NCBI GenBank assembly: GCA_964057225.1
Contig: OZ059900.1
Span: forward strand, 496,001-560,000
DNA length: 64,000 bases
Reading direction: 5' to 3'
Source of the DNA: Auanema rhodensis
Taxonomy: Eukaryota; Animalia; Nematoda
The position numbers were made by a program, and so were the translations under genes. Shown here in pieces: positions 13,401 to 27,000 of this stretch. Positions within the stretch are counted from its first letter, which is position 1. Every line of letters begins with the position of its first letter. Below the pieces are notes generated by a model, which saw nothing but the letters and a program-made list of their open reading frames with translations, did not search any database and had not been told where the DNA came from.

Positions 13401-16400
13401 AACACATAATACACGAAATGAGTCTATTTTTATGAGTTTGCACTGATATTTATTTATTTTGATCAAAAAAGGTCGAAAATAGAAAGAATTTTTGAATTTT
13501 CCGAGTTTTGAGTCCAATTGGGCTAAATCGCTCATATATATGATCAAAAGCATAGTTTTACTGTCTATAACAACAAAAGTCATCAATTAAACGCTAGTGA
13601 TAATTAAATACTGATTTTCGCTCAAATAGCATTACTACACTAAGTATGGTCGTTTTTATGCCTTTAACACCATATACTCACCGATTTTTGGTACAAAATC
13701 TGTAATACTCGTAAATTTTGATCATATTCGTTAAGATTTGAGAATCAAACACACAATACACAAAATCAGTCTATTTTTATGAGCTTGCACTGATATAGAT
13801 TCATTTTGATCAAAAAAGGTCGAAAATAGAAAGAATTTTTGAAATTTCCGAGTTTTGAGTCCAATTTGGCTGAATCGCTCATATATATGATCAAAAGCAT
13901 AGTTTTATTGTCTATAACAACAAAAGTCATCAATTAAACGCTAGTGATGTTTTAATACTGAATTTCGCTCAAATAGCATTACTACACTAAGTATGGTCGT
14001 TTTTATGCCTTTAACACCATATACTCACCGATTTTTGGTACAAAATCTGTAATACTCGTAAATTTTGATCATATTCGTTAAGATTTGAAAATCAAACACA
14101 CAATAAACAAAATCAGTTTATTTTTATGAGTTTGCACTGATATATATTCATTTTGATCAAAAAAGGTCGAAAATAGAAAGAATTTTGGAAATGTCCGAGT
14201 TTTGAGTCCAATTTGGCTAAATCGCTCTTATATATGATCAAAAGCATAGTTTTATTGTCTATGACAACAAAAGTCATTAATTAAACACTAATGATGTTTA
14301 AATCACTAAATTTCGCTCAAATAGCATTACTACACTAAGTATGGTCGTTTTTATGCCTTTAACACCATATACTCACCGATTTTTGGTACAAAATCTGTAA
14401 TACTCGTAAATTTTGATCATATTCGTTAAGATTTGAGAATCAAACACACAATACACAAAATCAGTCTATTTTTATGAGTTTGCACTGATATATATTCATT
14501 TTGATCAAAAAAGGTCGAAAATAGAAAGAATTTTGGAAATGTCCGAGTTTTGAGTCGAATTTGGCTAAATCGCTCATATATATGATCAAAAGCATAGTTT
14601 TATTGTCTATGACAACAAAAGTCATTAATTAAACACTAATGATGTTTAAATCACTAAATTTCGCTCAAATAGCATTACTACACTAAGTATGGTCGTTTTT
14701 ATGCCTTTAACACCATATACTCACCGATTTTTGGTACAAAATCTGTAATACTCGTAAATTTTGATCATATTCGTTAAGATTTGAGAATCAAACACACAAT
14801 ACACAAAATCAGTCTATTTTTATGAGCTTGCACTGATATAGATTCATTTTGATCAAAAAAGGTCGAAAATAGAAAGAATTTTTGAAATTTCCGAGTTTTG
14901 AGTCCAATTTGGCTGAATCGCTCATATATATGATCAAAAGCATAGTTTTATTGTCTATAACAACAAAAGTCATCAATTAAACGCTAGTGATGTTTTAATA
15001 CTGAATTTCGCTCAAATAGCATTACTACACTAAGTATGGTCGTTTTTATGCCTTTAACACCATATACTCACCGATTTTTGGTACAAAATCTGTAATACTC
15101 GTAAATTTTGATCATATTCGTTAAGATTTGAAAATCAAACACACAATAAACAAAATCAGTTTATTTTTATGAGTTTGCACTGATATATATTCATTTTGAT
15201 CAAAAAAGGTCGAAAATAGAAAGAATTTTTGAATTTTCCGAGTTTTGAGTCCAATTGGGCTAAATCGCTTATATATATGATCAAAAGCATAGTTTTATTG
15301 TCTATGACAACAAAAGTCATTAATTAAACACTAATGATGTTTAAATCACTAAATTTCGCTCAAATAGCATTACTACACTAAGTATGGTCGTTTTTATGCC
15401 TTTAACACCATATACTCACCGATTTTTGGTACAAAATCTGTAATACTCGTAAATTTTGATCATATTCGTTAAGATTTGAGAATCAAACACACAATAAACA
15501 AAATCAGTTTATTTTTATGAGTTTGCACTGATATATATTCATTTTGATCAAAAAAGGTCGAAAATAGAAAGAATTTTGGAAATGTCCGAGTTTTGAGTCC
15601 AATTTGGCTAAATCGCTCATATATATGATCAAAAGCATAGTTTTATTGTCTATAACAACAAAAGTCATCAATTAAACGCTAGTGATGTTCAAATACTGAT
15701 TTTCGCTCAAATAGCATTACTACACTAAGTATGGTCGTTTTTATGCCTTTAACACCATATACTCACCGATTTTTGGTACAAAATCTGTAATACTCGTAAA
15801 TTTTGATCATATTCGTTAAGATTTGAGAATCATACACACAATACACAAAATCAGTCTATTTTTATGAGCTTGCACTGATATATATTCATTTTGATCAAAA
15901 AAGGTCGAAAATAGAAAGAATTTTTGAAATTTCCGAGTTTTGAGTCCAATTTGGCTAAATCGCTCATATATATGATCAAAAGCATAGTTTTATTGTCTAT
16001 GACAACAAAAGTCATTAATTAAACACTAATGATGTTTAAATCACTAAATTTCGCTCAAATAGCATTACTACACTAAGTATGGTCGTTTTTATGCCTTTAA
16101 CACCATATACTCACCGATTTTTGGTACAAAATCTGTAATACTCGTAAATTTTGATCATATTCGTTAAGATTTGAGAATCAAACACACAATACACAAAATC
16201 AGTCTATTTTTATGAGCTTGCACTGATATAGATTCATTTTGATCAAAAAAGGTCGAAAATAGAAAGAATTTTTGAAATTTCCGAGTTTTGAGTCCAATTT
16301 GGCTGAATCGCTCATATATATGATCAAAAGCATAGTTTTATTGTCTATAACAACAAAAGTCATCAATTAAACGCTAGTGATGTTTTAATACTGAATTTCG

Positions 16401-17793
16401 CTCAAATAGCATTACTACACTAAGTATGGTCGTTTTTATGCCTTTAACACCATATACTCACCGATTTTTGGTACAAAATCTGTAATACTCGTAAATTTTG
16501 ATCATATTCGTTAAGATTTGAAAATCAAACACACAATAAACAAAATCAGTTTATTTTTATGAGTTTGCACTGATATATATTCATTTTGATCAAAAAAGGT
16601 CGAAAATAGAAAGAATTTTGGAAATGTCGGAGTTTTGAGTCCAATTTGGCTAAATCGCTCATATATATGATCAAAAGCATAGTTTTATTGTCTATGACAA
16701 CAAAAGTCATTAATTAAACACTAATGATGTTTAAATCACTAAATTTCGCTCAAATAGCATTACTACACTAAGTATGGTCGTTTTTATGCCTTTAACACCA
16801 TATACTCACCGATTTTTGGTACAAAATCTGTAATACTCGTAAATTTTGATCATATTCGTTAAGATTTGAGAATCAAACACACAATACACAAAATCAGTCT
16901 ATTTTTATGAGTTTGCACTGATATATATTCATTTTGATCAAAAAAGGTCGAAAATAGAAAGAATTTTGGAAATGTCCGAGTTTTGAGTCGAATTTGGCTA
17001 AATCGCTCATATATATGATCAAAAGCATAGTTTTATTGTCTATGACAACAAAAGTCATTAATTAAACACTAATGATGTTTAAATCACTAAATTTCGCTCA
17101 AATAGCATTACTACACTAAGTATGGTCGTTTTTATGCCTTTAACACCATATACTTACCGATTTTTGGTACAAAATCTGTAATACTCGTAAATTTTGATCA
17201 TATCCGTTAAGATTTGAGAATCAAACACACAATACACAAAATCAGTCTATTTTTATGAGCTTGCACTGATATAGATTCATTTTGATCAAAAAAGGTCGAA
17301 AATAGAAAGAATTTTTGAAATTTCCGAGTTTTGAGTCCAATTTGGCTGAATCGCTCATATATATGATCAAAAGCATAGTTTTATTGTCTATAACAACAAA
17401 AGTCATCAATTAAACGCTAGTGATGTTTTAATACTGAATTTCGCTCAAATAGCATTACTACACTAAGTATGGTCGTTTTTATGCCTTTAACACCATATAC
17501 TCACCGATTTTTGGTACAAAATCTGTAATACTCGTAAATTTTGATCATATTCGTTAAGATTTGAAAATCAAACACACAATAAACAAAATCAGTTTATTTT
17601 TATGAGTTTGCACTGATATATATTCATTTTGATCAAAAAAGGTCGAAAATAGAAAGAATTTTTGAATTTTCCGAGTTTTGAGTCCAATTGGGCTAAATCG
17701 CTTATATATATGATCAAAAGCATAGTTTTATTGTCTATGACAACAAAAGTCATTAATTAAACACTAATGATGTTTAAATCACTAAATTTCGCT
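10496..17793. repeat. 7-monomer HOR, three tandem units; the middle unit has an A-type monomer in place of J
   Basis: Units of 2433+2432+2433 bp. GAGAATCATAC at 10960 and 15825. CTCTTA variant at 11796 and 14228. Confidence 0.88.
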
Positions 17794-18487
17794 CAAATAG
17801 CATAACTACACTAAGTATGGTCGTTTTTATGCCTTTAACACCATATACTCACCGATTTTTGGTACAAAATCTGTAATACTCGTAAATTTTGATCATATTC
17901 GTTAAGATTTGAGAATCAAACACACAATATACAAAATCAGTCTATTTTTATGAGCTTGCACTGATATATATTCATTTTGATCAAAAAAGGTCGAAAATAG
18001 AAAGAATTTTTGAAATTTCCGAGTTTTGAGTCCAATTTGGCTAAATCGCTCATATATATGATCAAAAGCATAGTTTTATTGTCTATAACAACAAAAGTCA
18101 TCAATTAAACGCTAGTGATGTTTAAATACTGAATTTCGCTCAAATAGCATTACTACACTAAGTATGGTCGTTTTTATGCCTTTAACACCATATACTCACC
18201 GATTTTTGGTACAAAATCTGTAATACTTGTAAATTTTGATCATATTTGTTAAGATTTGAGAATCAAACACACAATACACAAAATCAGTCTATTTTTATGA
18301 GTTTGCACTGATATATATTCATTTTGATCAAAAAAGGTCGAAAATAGAAAGAATTTTTGAAATTTCCGAGTTTTGAGTCCAATTGGGCTAAATCGCTCAT
18401 ATATATGATCAAAAGCATAGTTTTATTGTCTATAACAACAAAAGTCATCAATTAAACGCTAGTGATGTTTAAATACTGAATTTCGCT

Positions 18488-21400
18488 CAAATAGCATTAC
18501 TACACTAAGTATGGTCGTTTTTATGCCTTTAACACCATATACTCACCGATTTTTGGTACAAAATCTGTAATACTTGTAAATTTTGATCATATTTGTTAAG
18601 ATTTGAGAATCAAACACACAATACACAAAATCAGTCTATTTTTATGAGTTTGCACTGATATATATTCATTTTGATCAAAAAAGGTCGAAAATAGAAAGAA
18701 TTTTTGAAATTTCCGAGTTTTGAGTCCAATTTGGCTAAATCGCTCATATATATGATCAAAAGCATAGTTTTATTGTCTATAACAACAAAAGTCATCAATT
18801 AAACGCTAGTGATGTTTAAATACTGAATTTCGCTCAAATAGCATTACTACACTAAGTATGGTCGTTTTTATGCCTTTAACACCATATACTCACCGATTTT
18901 TGGTACAAAATCTGTAATACTCGTAAATTTTGATCATATTCGTTAAGATTTGAGAATCAAACACACAATACACAAAATCAGTCTATTTTTATGAGCTTGC
19001 ACTGATATATATTCATTTTGATCAAAAAAGGTCGAAAATAGAAAGAATTTTTGAAATTTCCGAGTTTTGAGTCCAATTTGGCTAAATCGCTCATATATAT
19101 GATCAAAAGCATAGTTTTATTGTCTATAACAACAAAAGTCATCAATTAAACGCTAGTGATGTTTAAATACTGAATTTCGCTCAAATAGCATTACTACACT
19201 AAGTATGGTCGTTTTTATGCCTTTAACACCATATACTCACCGATTTTTGGTACAAAATCTGTAATACTTGTAAATTTTGATCATATTTGTTAAGATTTGA
19301 GAATCAAACACACAATACACAAAATCAGTCTATTTTTATGAGTTTGCACTGATATATATTCATTTTGATCAAAAAAGGTCGAAAATAGAAAGAATTTTGG
19401 AAATGTCCGAGTTTTGAGTCCAATTTGGCTAAATCGCTCATATATATGATCAAAAGCATAGTTTTATTGTCTATAACAACAAAAGTCATCAATTAAACGC
19501 TAGTGATGTTTTAATACTGAATTTCGCTCAAATAGCATTACTACACTAAGTATGGTCGTTTTTATGCCTTTAACACCATATACTCACCGATTTTCGGTAC
19601 AAAATCTGTAATACTTGTAAATTTTGATCATATTTGTTAAGATTTGAGAATCAAACACACAATACACAAAATCAGTCTATTTTTATGAGTTTGCACTGAT
19701 ATATATTCATTTTGATCAAAAAAGGTCGAAAATAGAAAGAATTTTGGAAATGTCCGAGTTTTGAGTCCAATTTGGCTAAATCGCTCATATATATGATCAA
19801 AAGCATAGTTTTATTGTTTATAACAACAAAAGTCATCAATTAAACGCTAGTGATGTTTAAATACTGAATTTCGCTCAAATAGCATAACTACACTAAGTAT
19901 GGTCGTTTTTATGCCTTTAACACCATATACTCACCGATTTTTGGTACAAAATCTGTAATACTCGTAAATTTTGATCATATTCGTTAAGATTTGAGAATCA
20001 CTACATACAATACACGAAATCAGTCTATTTTTATGAGCTTGCACTGATATATATTCATTTTGATCAAAAAAGGTCGAAAATAGAAAGAATTTTTGAAATT
20101 TCCGAGTTTTGAGTCTAATTTGGCTAAATCGCTCATATATATGATCAGAAGCATAGTTTTGTTGTCTATGACAACAAAAGTCATCAATTAAACGCTAGTG
20201 ATGTTTAAATACTGATTTTCGCTCAAATAGCATTACTACACTAAGTATGGTCGTTTTTATGCCTTTAACACCATATACTCACCGATTTTTGGTACAAAAT
20301 CTGTAATACTCGTAAATTTTGATCATATTTGTTAAGATTTGAGAATCAAACACACAATACACAAAATCAGTCTATTTTTATGAGTTTGCACTGATATATA
20401 TTCATTTTGATCAAAAAAGGTCGAAAATAGAAAGAATTTTTGAAATTTCCGAGTTTTGAGTCCAATTTGGCTAAATCGCTCATATATATGATCAAAAGCA
20501 TAGTTTTATTGTCTATAGCAACAAAAGTCATCAATTAAACGCTAGTGATGTTTAAATACTGAATTTCGCTCAAATAGCATTACTACACTAAGTATGGTCG
20601 TTTTTATGCCTTTAACACCATATACTCACCGATTTTTGGTACAAAATCTGTAATACTCGTAAATTTTGATCATATTCGTTAAGATTCGAGAATCAAACAT
20701 ACAATACACGAAATCAGTCTATTTTTATGAGCTTGCACTGATATATATTCATTTTGATCAAAAAAGGTCGAAAATAGAAAGAATTTTGGAAATGTCCGAG
20801 TTTTGAGTCCAATTTGGCTAAATCGCTCATATATATGATCAAAAGCATAGTTTTATTGTCTATAACAACAAAAGTCATCAATTAAACGCTAGTGATGTTT
20901 TAATACTGAATTTCGCTCAAATAGCATTACTACACTAAGTATGGTCGTTTTTATGCCTTTAACACCATATACTCACCGATTTTTGGTACAAAATCTGTAA
21001 TACTCGTAAATTTTGATCATATTCGTTAAGATTCGAGAATCAAACATACAATACACGAAATCAGTCTATTTTTATGACCTTGCACTGATATATATTCATT
21101 TTGATCAAAAAAGGTCGAAAATAGAAAGAATTTTGGAAATGTCCGAGTTTTGAGTCCAATTTGGCTAAATCGCTCATATATATGATCAAAAGCATAGTTT
21201 TATTGTCTATAACAACAAAAGTCATCAATTAAACGCTAGTGATGTTTTAATACTGAATTTCGCTCAAATAGCATTACTACACTAAGTATGGTCGTTTTTA
21301 TGCCTTTAACACCATATACTCACCGATTTTTGGTACAAAATCTGTAATACTTGTAAATTTTGATCATATTTGTTAAGATTTGAGAATCAAACACACAATA

Positions 21401-24041
21401 CACAAAATCAGTCTATTTTTATGAGTTTGCACTGATATATATTCATTTTGATCAAAAAAGGTCGAAAATAGAAAGAATTTTTGAAATTTCCGAGTTTTGA
21501 GTCCAATTTGGCTAAATCGCTCATATATATGATCAAAAGCATAGTTTTATTGTCTATAACAACAAAAGTCATCAATTAAACGCTAGTGATGTTTAAATAC
21601 TGAATTTCGCTCAAATAGCATTACTACACTAAGTATGGTCGTTTTTATGCCTTTAACACCATATACTCACCGATTTTTGGTACAAAATCTGTAATACTCG
21701 TAAATTTTGATCATATTCGTTAAGATTTGAGAATCAAACACACAATACACAAAATCAGTCTATTTTTATGAGCTTGCACTGATATATATTCATTTTGATC
21801 AAAAAAGGTCGAAAATAGAAAGAATTTTTGAAATTTCCGAGTTTTGAGTCCAATTTGGCTAAATCGCTCATATATATGATCAAAAGCATAGTTTTATTGT
21901 CTATAACAACAAAAGTCATCAATTAAACGCTAGTGATGTTTAAATACTGAATTTCGCTCAAATAGCATTACTACACTAAGTATGGTCGTTTTTATGCCTT
22001 TAACACCATATACTCACCGATTTTTGGTACAAAATCTGTAATACTTGTAAATTTTGATCATATTTGTTAAGATTTGAGAATCAAACACACAATACACAAA
22101 ATCAGTCTATTTTTATGAGTTTGCACTGATATATATTCATTTTGATCAAAAAAGGTCGAAAATAGAAAGAATTTTGGAAATGTCCGAGTTTTGAGTCCAA
22201 TTTGGCTAAATCGCTCATATATATGATCAAAAGCATAGTTTTATTGTCTATAACAACAAAAGTCATCAATTAAACGCTAGTGATGTTTTAATACTGAATT
22301 TCGCTCAAATAGCATTACTACACTAAGTATGGTCGTTTTTATGCCTTTAACACCATATACTCACCGATTTTCGGTACAAAATCTGTAATACTTGTAAATT
22401 TTGATCATATTTGTTAAGATTTGAGAATCAAACACACAATACACAAAATCAGTCTATTTTTATGAGTTTGCACTGATATATATTCATTTTGATCAAAAAA
22501 GGTCGAAAATAGAAAGAATTTTGGAAATGTCCGAGTTTTGAGTCCAATTTGGCTAAATCGCTCATATATATGATCAAAAGCATAGTTTTATTGTTTATAA
22601 CAACAAAAGTCATCAATTAAACGCTAGTGATGTTTAAATACTGAATTTCGCTCAAATAGCATAACTACACTAAGTATGGTCGTTTTTATGCCTTTAACAC
22701 CATATACTCACCGATTTTTGGTACAAAATCTGTAATACTCGTAAATTTTGATCATATTCGTTAAGATTTGAGAATCACTACATACAATACACGAAATCAG
22801 TCTATTTTTATGAGCTTGCACTGATATATATTCATTTTGATCAAAAAAGGTCGAAAATAGAAAGAATTTTTGAAATTTCCGAGTTTTGAGTCTAATTTGG
22901 CTAAATCGCTCATATATATGATCAGAAGCATAGTTTTGTTGTCTATGACAACAAAAGTCATCAATTAAACGCTAGTGATGTTTAAATACTGATTTTCGCT
23001 CAAATAGCATTACTACACTAAGTATGGTCGTTTTTATGCCTTTAACACCATATACTCACCGATTTTTGGTACAAAATCTGTAATACTCGTAAATTTTGAT
23101 CATATTTGTTAAGATTTGAGAATCAAACACACAATACACAAAATCAGTCTATTTTTATGAGTTTGCACTGATATATATTCATTTTGATCAAAAAAGGTCG
23201 AAAATAGAAAGAATTTTTGAAATTTCCGAGTTTTGAGTCCAATTTGGCTAAATCGCTCATATATATGATCAAAAGCATAGTTTTATTGTCTATAGCAACA
23301 AAAGTCATCAATTAAACGCTAGTGATGTTTAAATACTGAATTTCGCTCAAATAGCATTACTACACTAAGTATGGTCGTTTTTATGCCTTTAACACCATAT
23401 ACTCACCGATTTTTGGTACAAAATCTGTAATACTCGTAAATTTTGATCATATTCGTTAAGATTCGAGAATCAAACATACAATACACGAAATCAGTCTATT
23501 TTTATGAGCTTGCACTGATATATATTCATTTTGGTCAAAAAAGGTCGAAAATAGAAAGAATTTTGGAAATGTCCGAGTTTTGAGTCCAATTTGGCTAAAT
23601 CGCTCATATATATGATCAAAAGCATAGTTTTATTGTCTATAACAACAAAAGTCATCAATTAAACGCTAGTGATGTTTTAATACTGAATTTCGCTCAAATA
23701 GCATTACTACACTAAGTATGGTCGTTTTTATGCCTTTAACACCATATACTCACCGATTTTTGGTACAAAATCTGTAATACTCGTAAATTTTGATCATATT
23801 CGTTAAGATTCGAGAATCAAACATACAATACACGAAATCAGTCTATTTTTATGACCTTGCACTGATATATATTCATTTTGATCAAAAAAGGTCGAAAATA
23901 GAAAGAATTTTGGAAATGTCCGAGTTTTGAGTCCAATTTGGCTAAATCGCTCATATATATGATCAAAAGCATAGTTTTATTGTCTATAACAACAAAAGTC
24001 ATCAATTAAACGCTAGTGATGTTTTAATACTGAATTTCGCT
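18488..24041. repeat. 8-monomer tandem duplication (2777 bp x2)
   Basis: CTACATAC marker at 20001 and 22778, and GACCTT at 21076 and 23853, both offset by 2777. TTCGGTAC, TAGCA and CAGAAGC follow the same order. Confidence 0.9.
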
Positions 24042-27000
24042 CAAATAGCATTACTACACTAAGTATGGTCGTTTTTATGCCTTTAACACCATATACTCAC
24101 CGATTTTTGGTACAAAATCTGTAATACTCGTAAATTTTGATCATATTCGTTAAGATTTGAGAATCAAACACACAATACACAAAATCAGTCTATTTTTATG
24201 AGCTTGCACTGATATATATTCATTTTGATCAAAAAAGGTCGAAAATAGAAAGAATTTTTGAATTTTCCGAGTTTTGAGTCCAATTGGGCTAAATCGCTCA
24301 TATATATGATCAAAAGCATAGTTTTATTGTCTATGACAACAAAAGTCATCAATTAAACGCTAGTGATGTTTAAATACTGATTTTCGCTCAAATAGCATTA
24401 CTACACTAAGTATGGTCGTTTTTATGCCTTTAACACCATATACTCACCGATTTTTGGTACAAAATCTGTAATACTCGTAAATTTTGATCATATTCGTTAA
24501 GATTTGAGATTCAAACACACAATACACAAAATCAGTCTATTTTTATGAGCTTGCACTGATATATATTCATTTTGATCAAAAAAGGTCGAAAATAGAAAGA
24601 ATTTTTGAAATTTCCGAGTTTTGAGTCCAATTTGGCTAAATCGCTCATATATATGATCAAAAGCATAGTTTTATTGTCTATAACAACAAAAGTCATCAAT
24701 TAAACGCTAGTGATGTTTAAATACTGAATTTCGCTCAAATAGCATTACTACACTAAGTATGGTCGTTTTTATGCCTTTAACACCATATACTCACCGATTT
24801 TTGGTACAAAATCTGTAATACTCGTAAATTTTGATCATATTCGTTAAGATTTGAGAATCAAACACACAATACACGAAATCAGTCTATTTTTATGAGCTTG
24901 CACTGATATATATTCATTTTGATAAATAAAGGTCGAAAATAGAAAGAATTTTTGAATTTTCCTAGTTTTGAGTCCAATTGGGCTAAATCGCTCATATATA
25001 TGATCAAAAGCATAGTTTTATTGTCTATGACAACAAAAGTCATTAATTAAACACTAATGATGTTTAAATCACTAAATTTCGCTCAAATAGCATTACTACA
25101 CTAAGTATGGTCGTTTTTATGCCTTTAACACCATATACTCACCGATTTTTGGTACAAAATCTGTAATACTCGTAAATTTTGATCATATTCGTTAAGATTT
25201 GAGAATCAAACACACAATACACAAAATCAGTCTATTTTCATGAGCTTGCACTGATATAGATTCATTTTGATCAAAAAAGGTCGAAAATAGAAAGAATTTT
25301 TGAAATTTCCGAGTTTTGAGTCCAATTTGGCTGAATCGCTCATATATATGATCAAAAGCATAGTTTTATTGTCTATAGCAACAAAAGTCATCAATTAAAC
25401 GCTAGTGATGTTTAAATACTGAATTTCGCTCAAATAGCATTACTACACTAAGTATGGTCGTTTTTATGCCTTTAACACCATATACTCACCGATTTTTGGT
25501 ACAAAATCTGTAATACTTGTAAATTTTGATCATATTTGTTAAGATTTGAGAATCAAACACACAATACACAAAATCAGTCTATTTTTATGAGTTTGCACTG
25601 ATATATATTCATTTTGATCAAAAAAGGTCGAAAATAGAAAGAATTTTGGAAATGTCCGAGTTTTGAGTCCAATTTGGCTAAATCGCTCATATATATGATC
25701 AAAAGCATAGTTTTATTGTCTATAACAACAAAAGTCATCAATTAAACGCTAGTGATGTTTTAATACTGAATTTCGCTCAAATAGCATTACTACACTAAGT
25801 ATGGTCGTTTTTATGCCTTTAACACCATATACTCACCGATTTTCGGTACAAAATCTGTAATACTTGTAAATTTTGATCATATTTGTTAAGATTTGAGAAT
25901 CAAACACACAATACACAAAATCAGTCTATTTTTATGAGTTTGCACTGATATATATTCATTTTGATCAAAAAAGGTCGAAAATAGAAAGAATTTTGGAAAT
26001 GTCCGAGTTTTGAGTCCAATTTGGCTAAATCGCTCATATATATGATCAAAAGCATAGTTTTATTGTTTATAACAACAAAAGTCATCAATTAAACGCTAGT
26101 GATGTTTAAATACTGAATTTCGCTCAAATAGCATAACTACACTAAGTATGGTCGTTTTTATGCCTTTAACACCATATACTCACCGATTTTTGGTACAAAA
26201 TCTGTAATACTCGTAAATTTTGATCATATTCGTTAAGATTTGAGAATCACTACATACAATACACGAAATCAGTCTATTTTTATGAGCTTGCACTGATATA
26301 TATTCATTTTGATCAAAAAAGGTCGAAAATAGAAAGAATTTTTGAAATTTCCGAGTTTTGAGTCTAATTTGGCTAAATCGCTCATATATATGATCAGAAG
26401 CATAGTTTTGTTGTCTATGACAACAAAAGTCATCAATTAAACGCTAGTGATGTTTAAATACTGATTTTCGCTCAAATAGCATTACTACACTAAGTATGGT
26501 CGTTTTTATGCCTTTAACACCATATACTCACCGATTTTTGGTACAAAATCTGTAATACTCGTAAATTTTGATCATATTCGTTAAGATTTGAGAATCAAAC
26601 ACACAATACACAAAATCAGTCTATTTTTATGAGCTTGCACTGATATATATTCATTTTGATCAAAAAAGGTCGAAAATAGAAAGAATTTTTGAAATTTCCG
26701 AGTTTTGAGTCCAATTTGGCTAAATCGCTCATATATATGATCAAAAGCATAGTTTTATTGTCTATGACAACAAAAGTCATTAATTAAACACTAATGATGT
26801 TTAAATCCCTAAATTTCGCTCAAATAGCATTACTACACTAAGTATGGTCGTTTTTATGCCTTTAACACCATATACTCACCGATTTTTGGTACAAAATCTG
26901 TAATACTCGTAAATTTTGATCATATTCGTTAAGATTTGAGAATCAAACACACAATACACAAAATCAGTCTATTTTTATGAGCTTGCACTGATATAGATTC

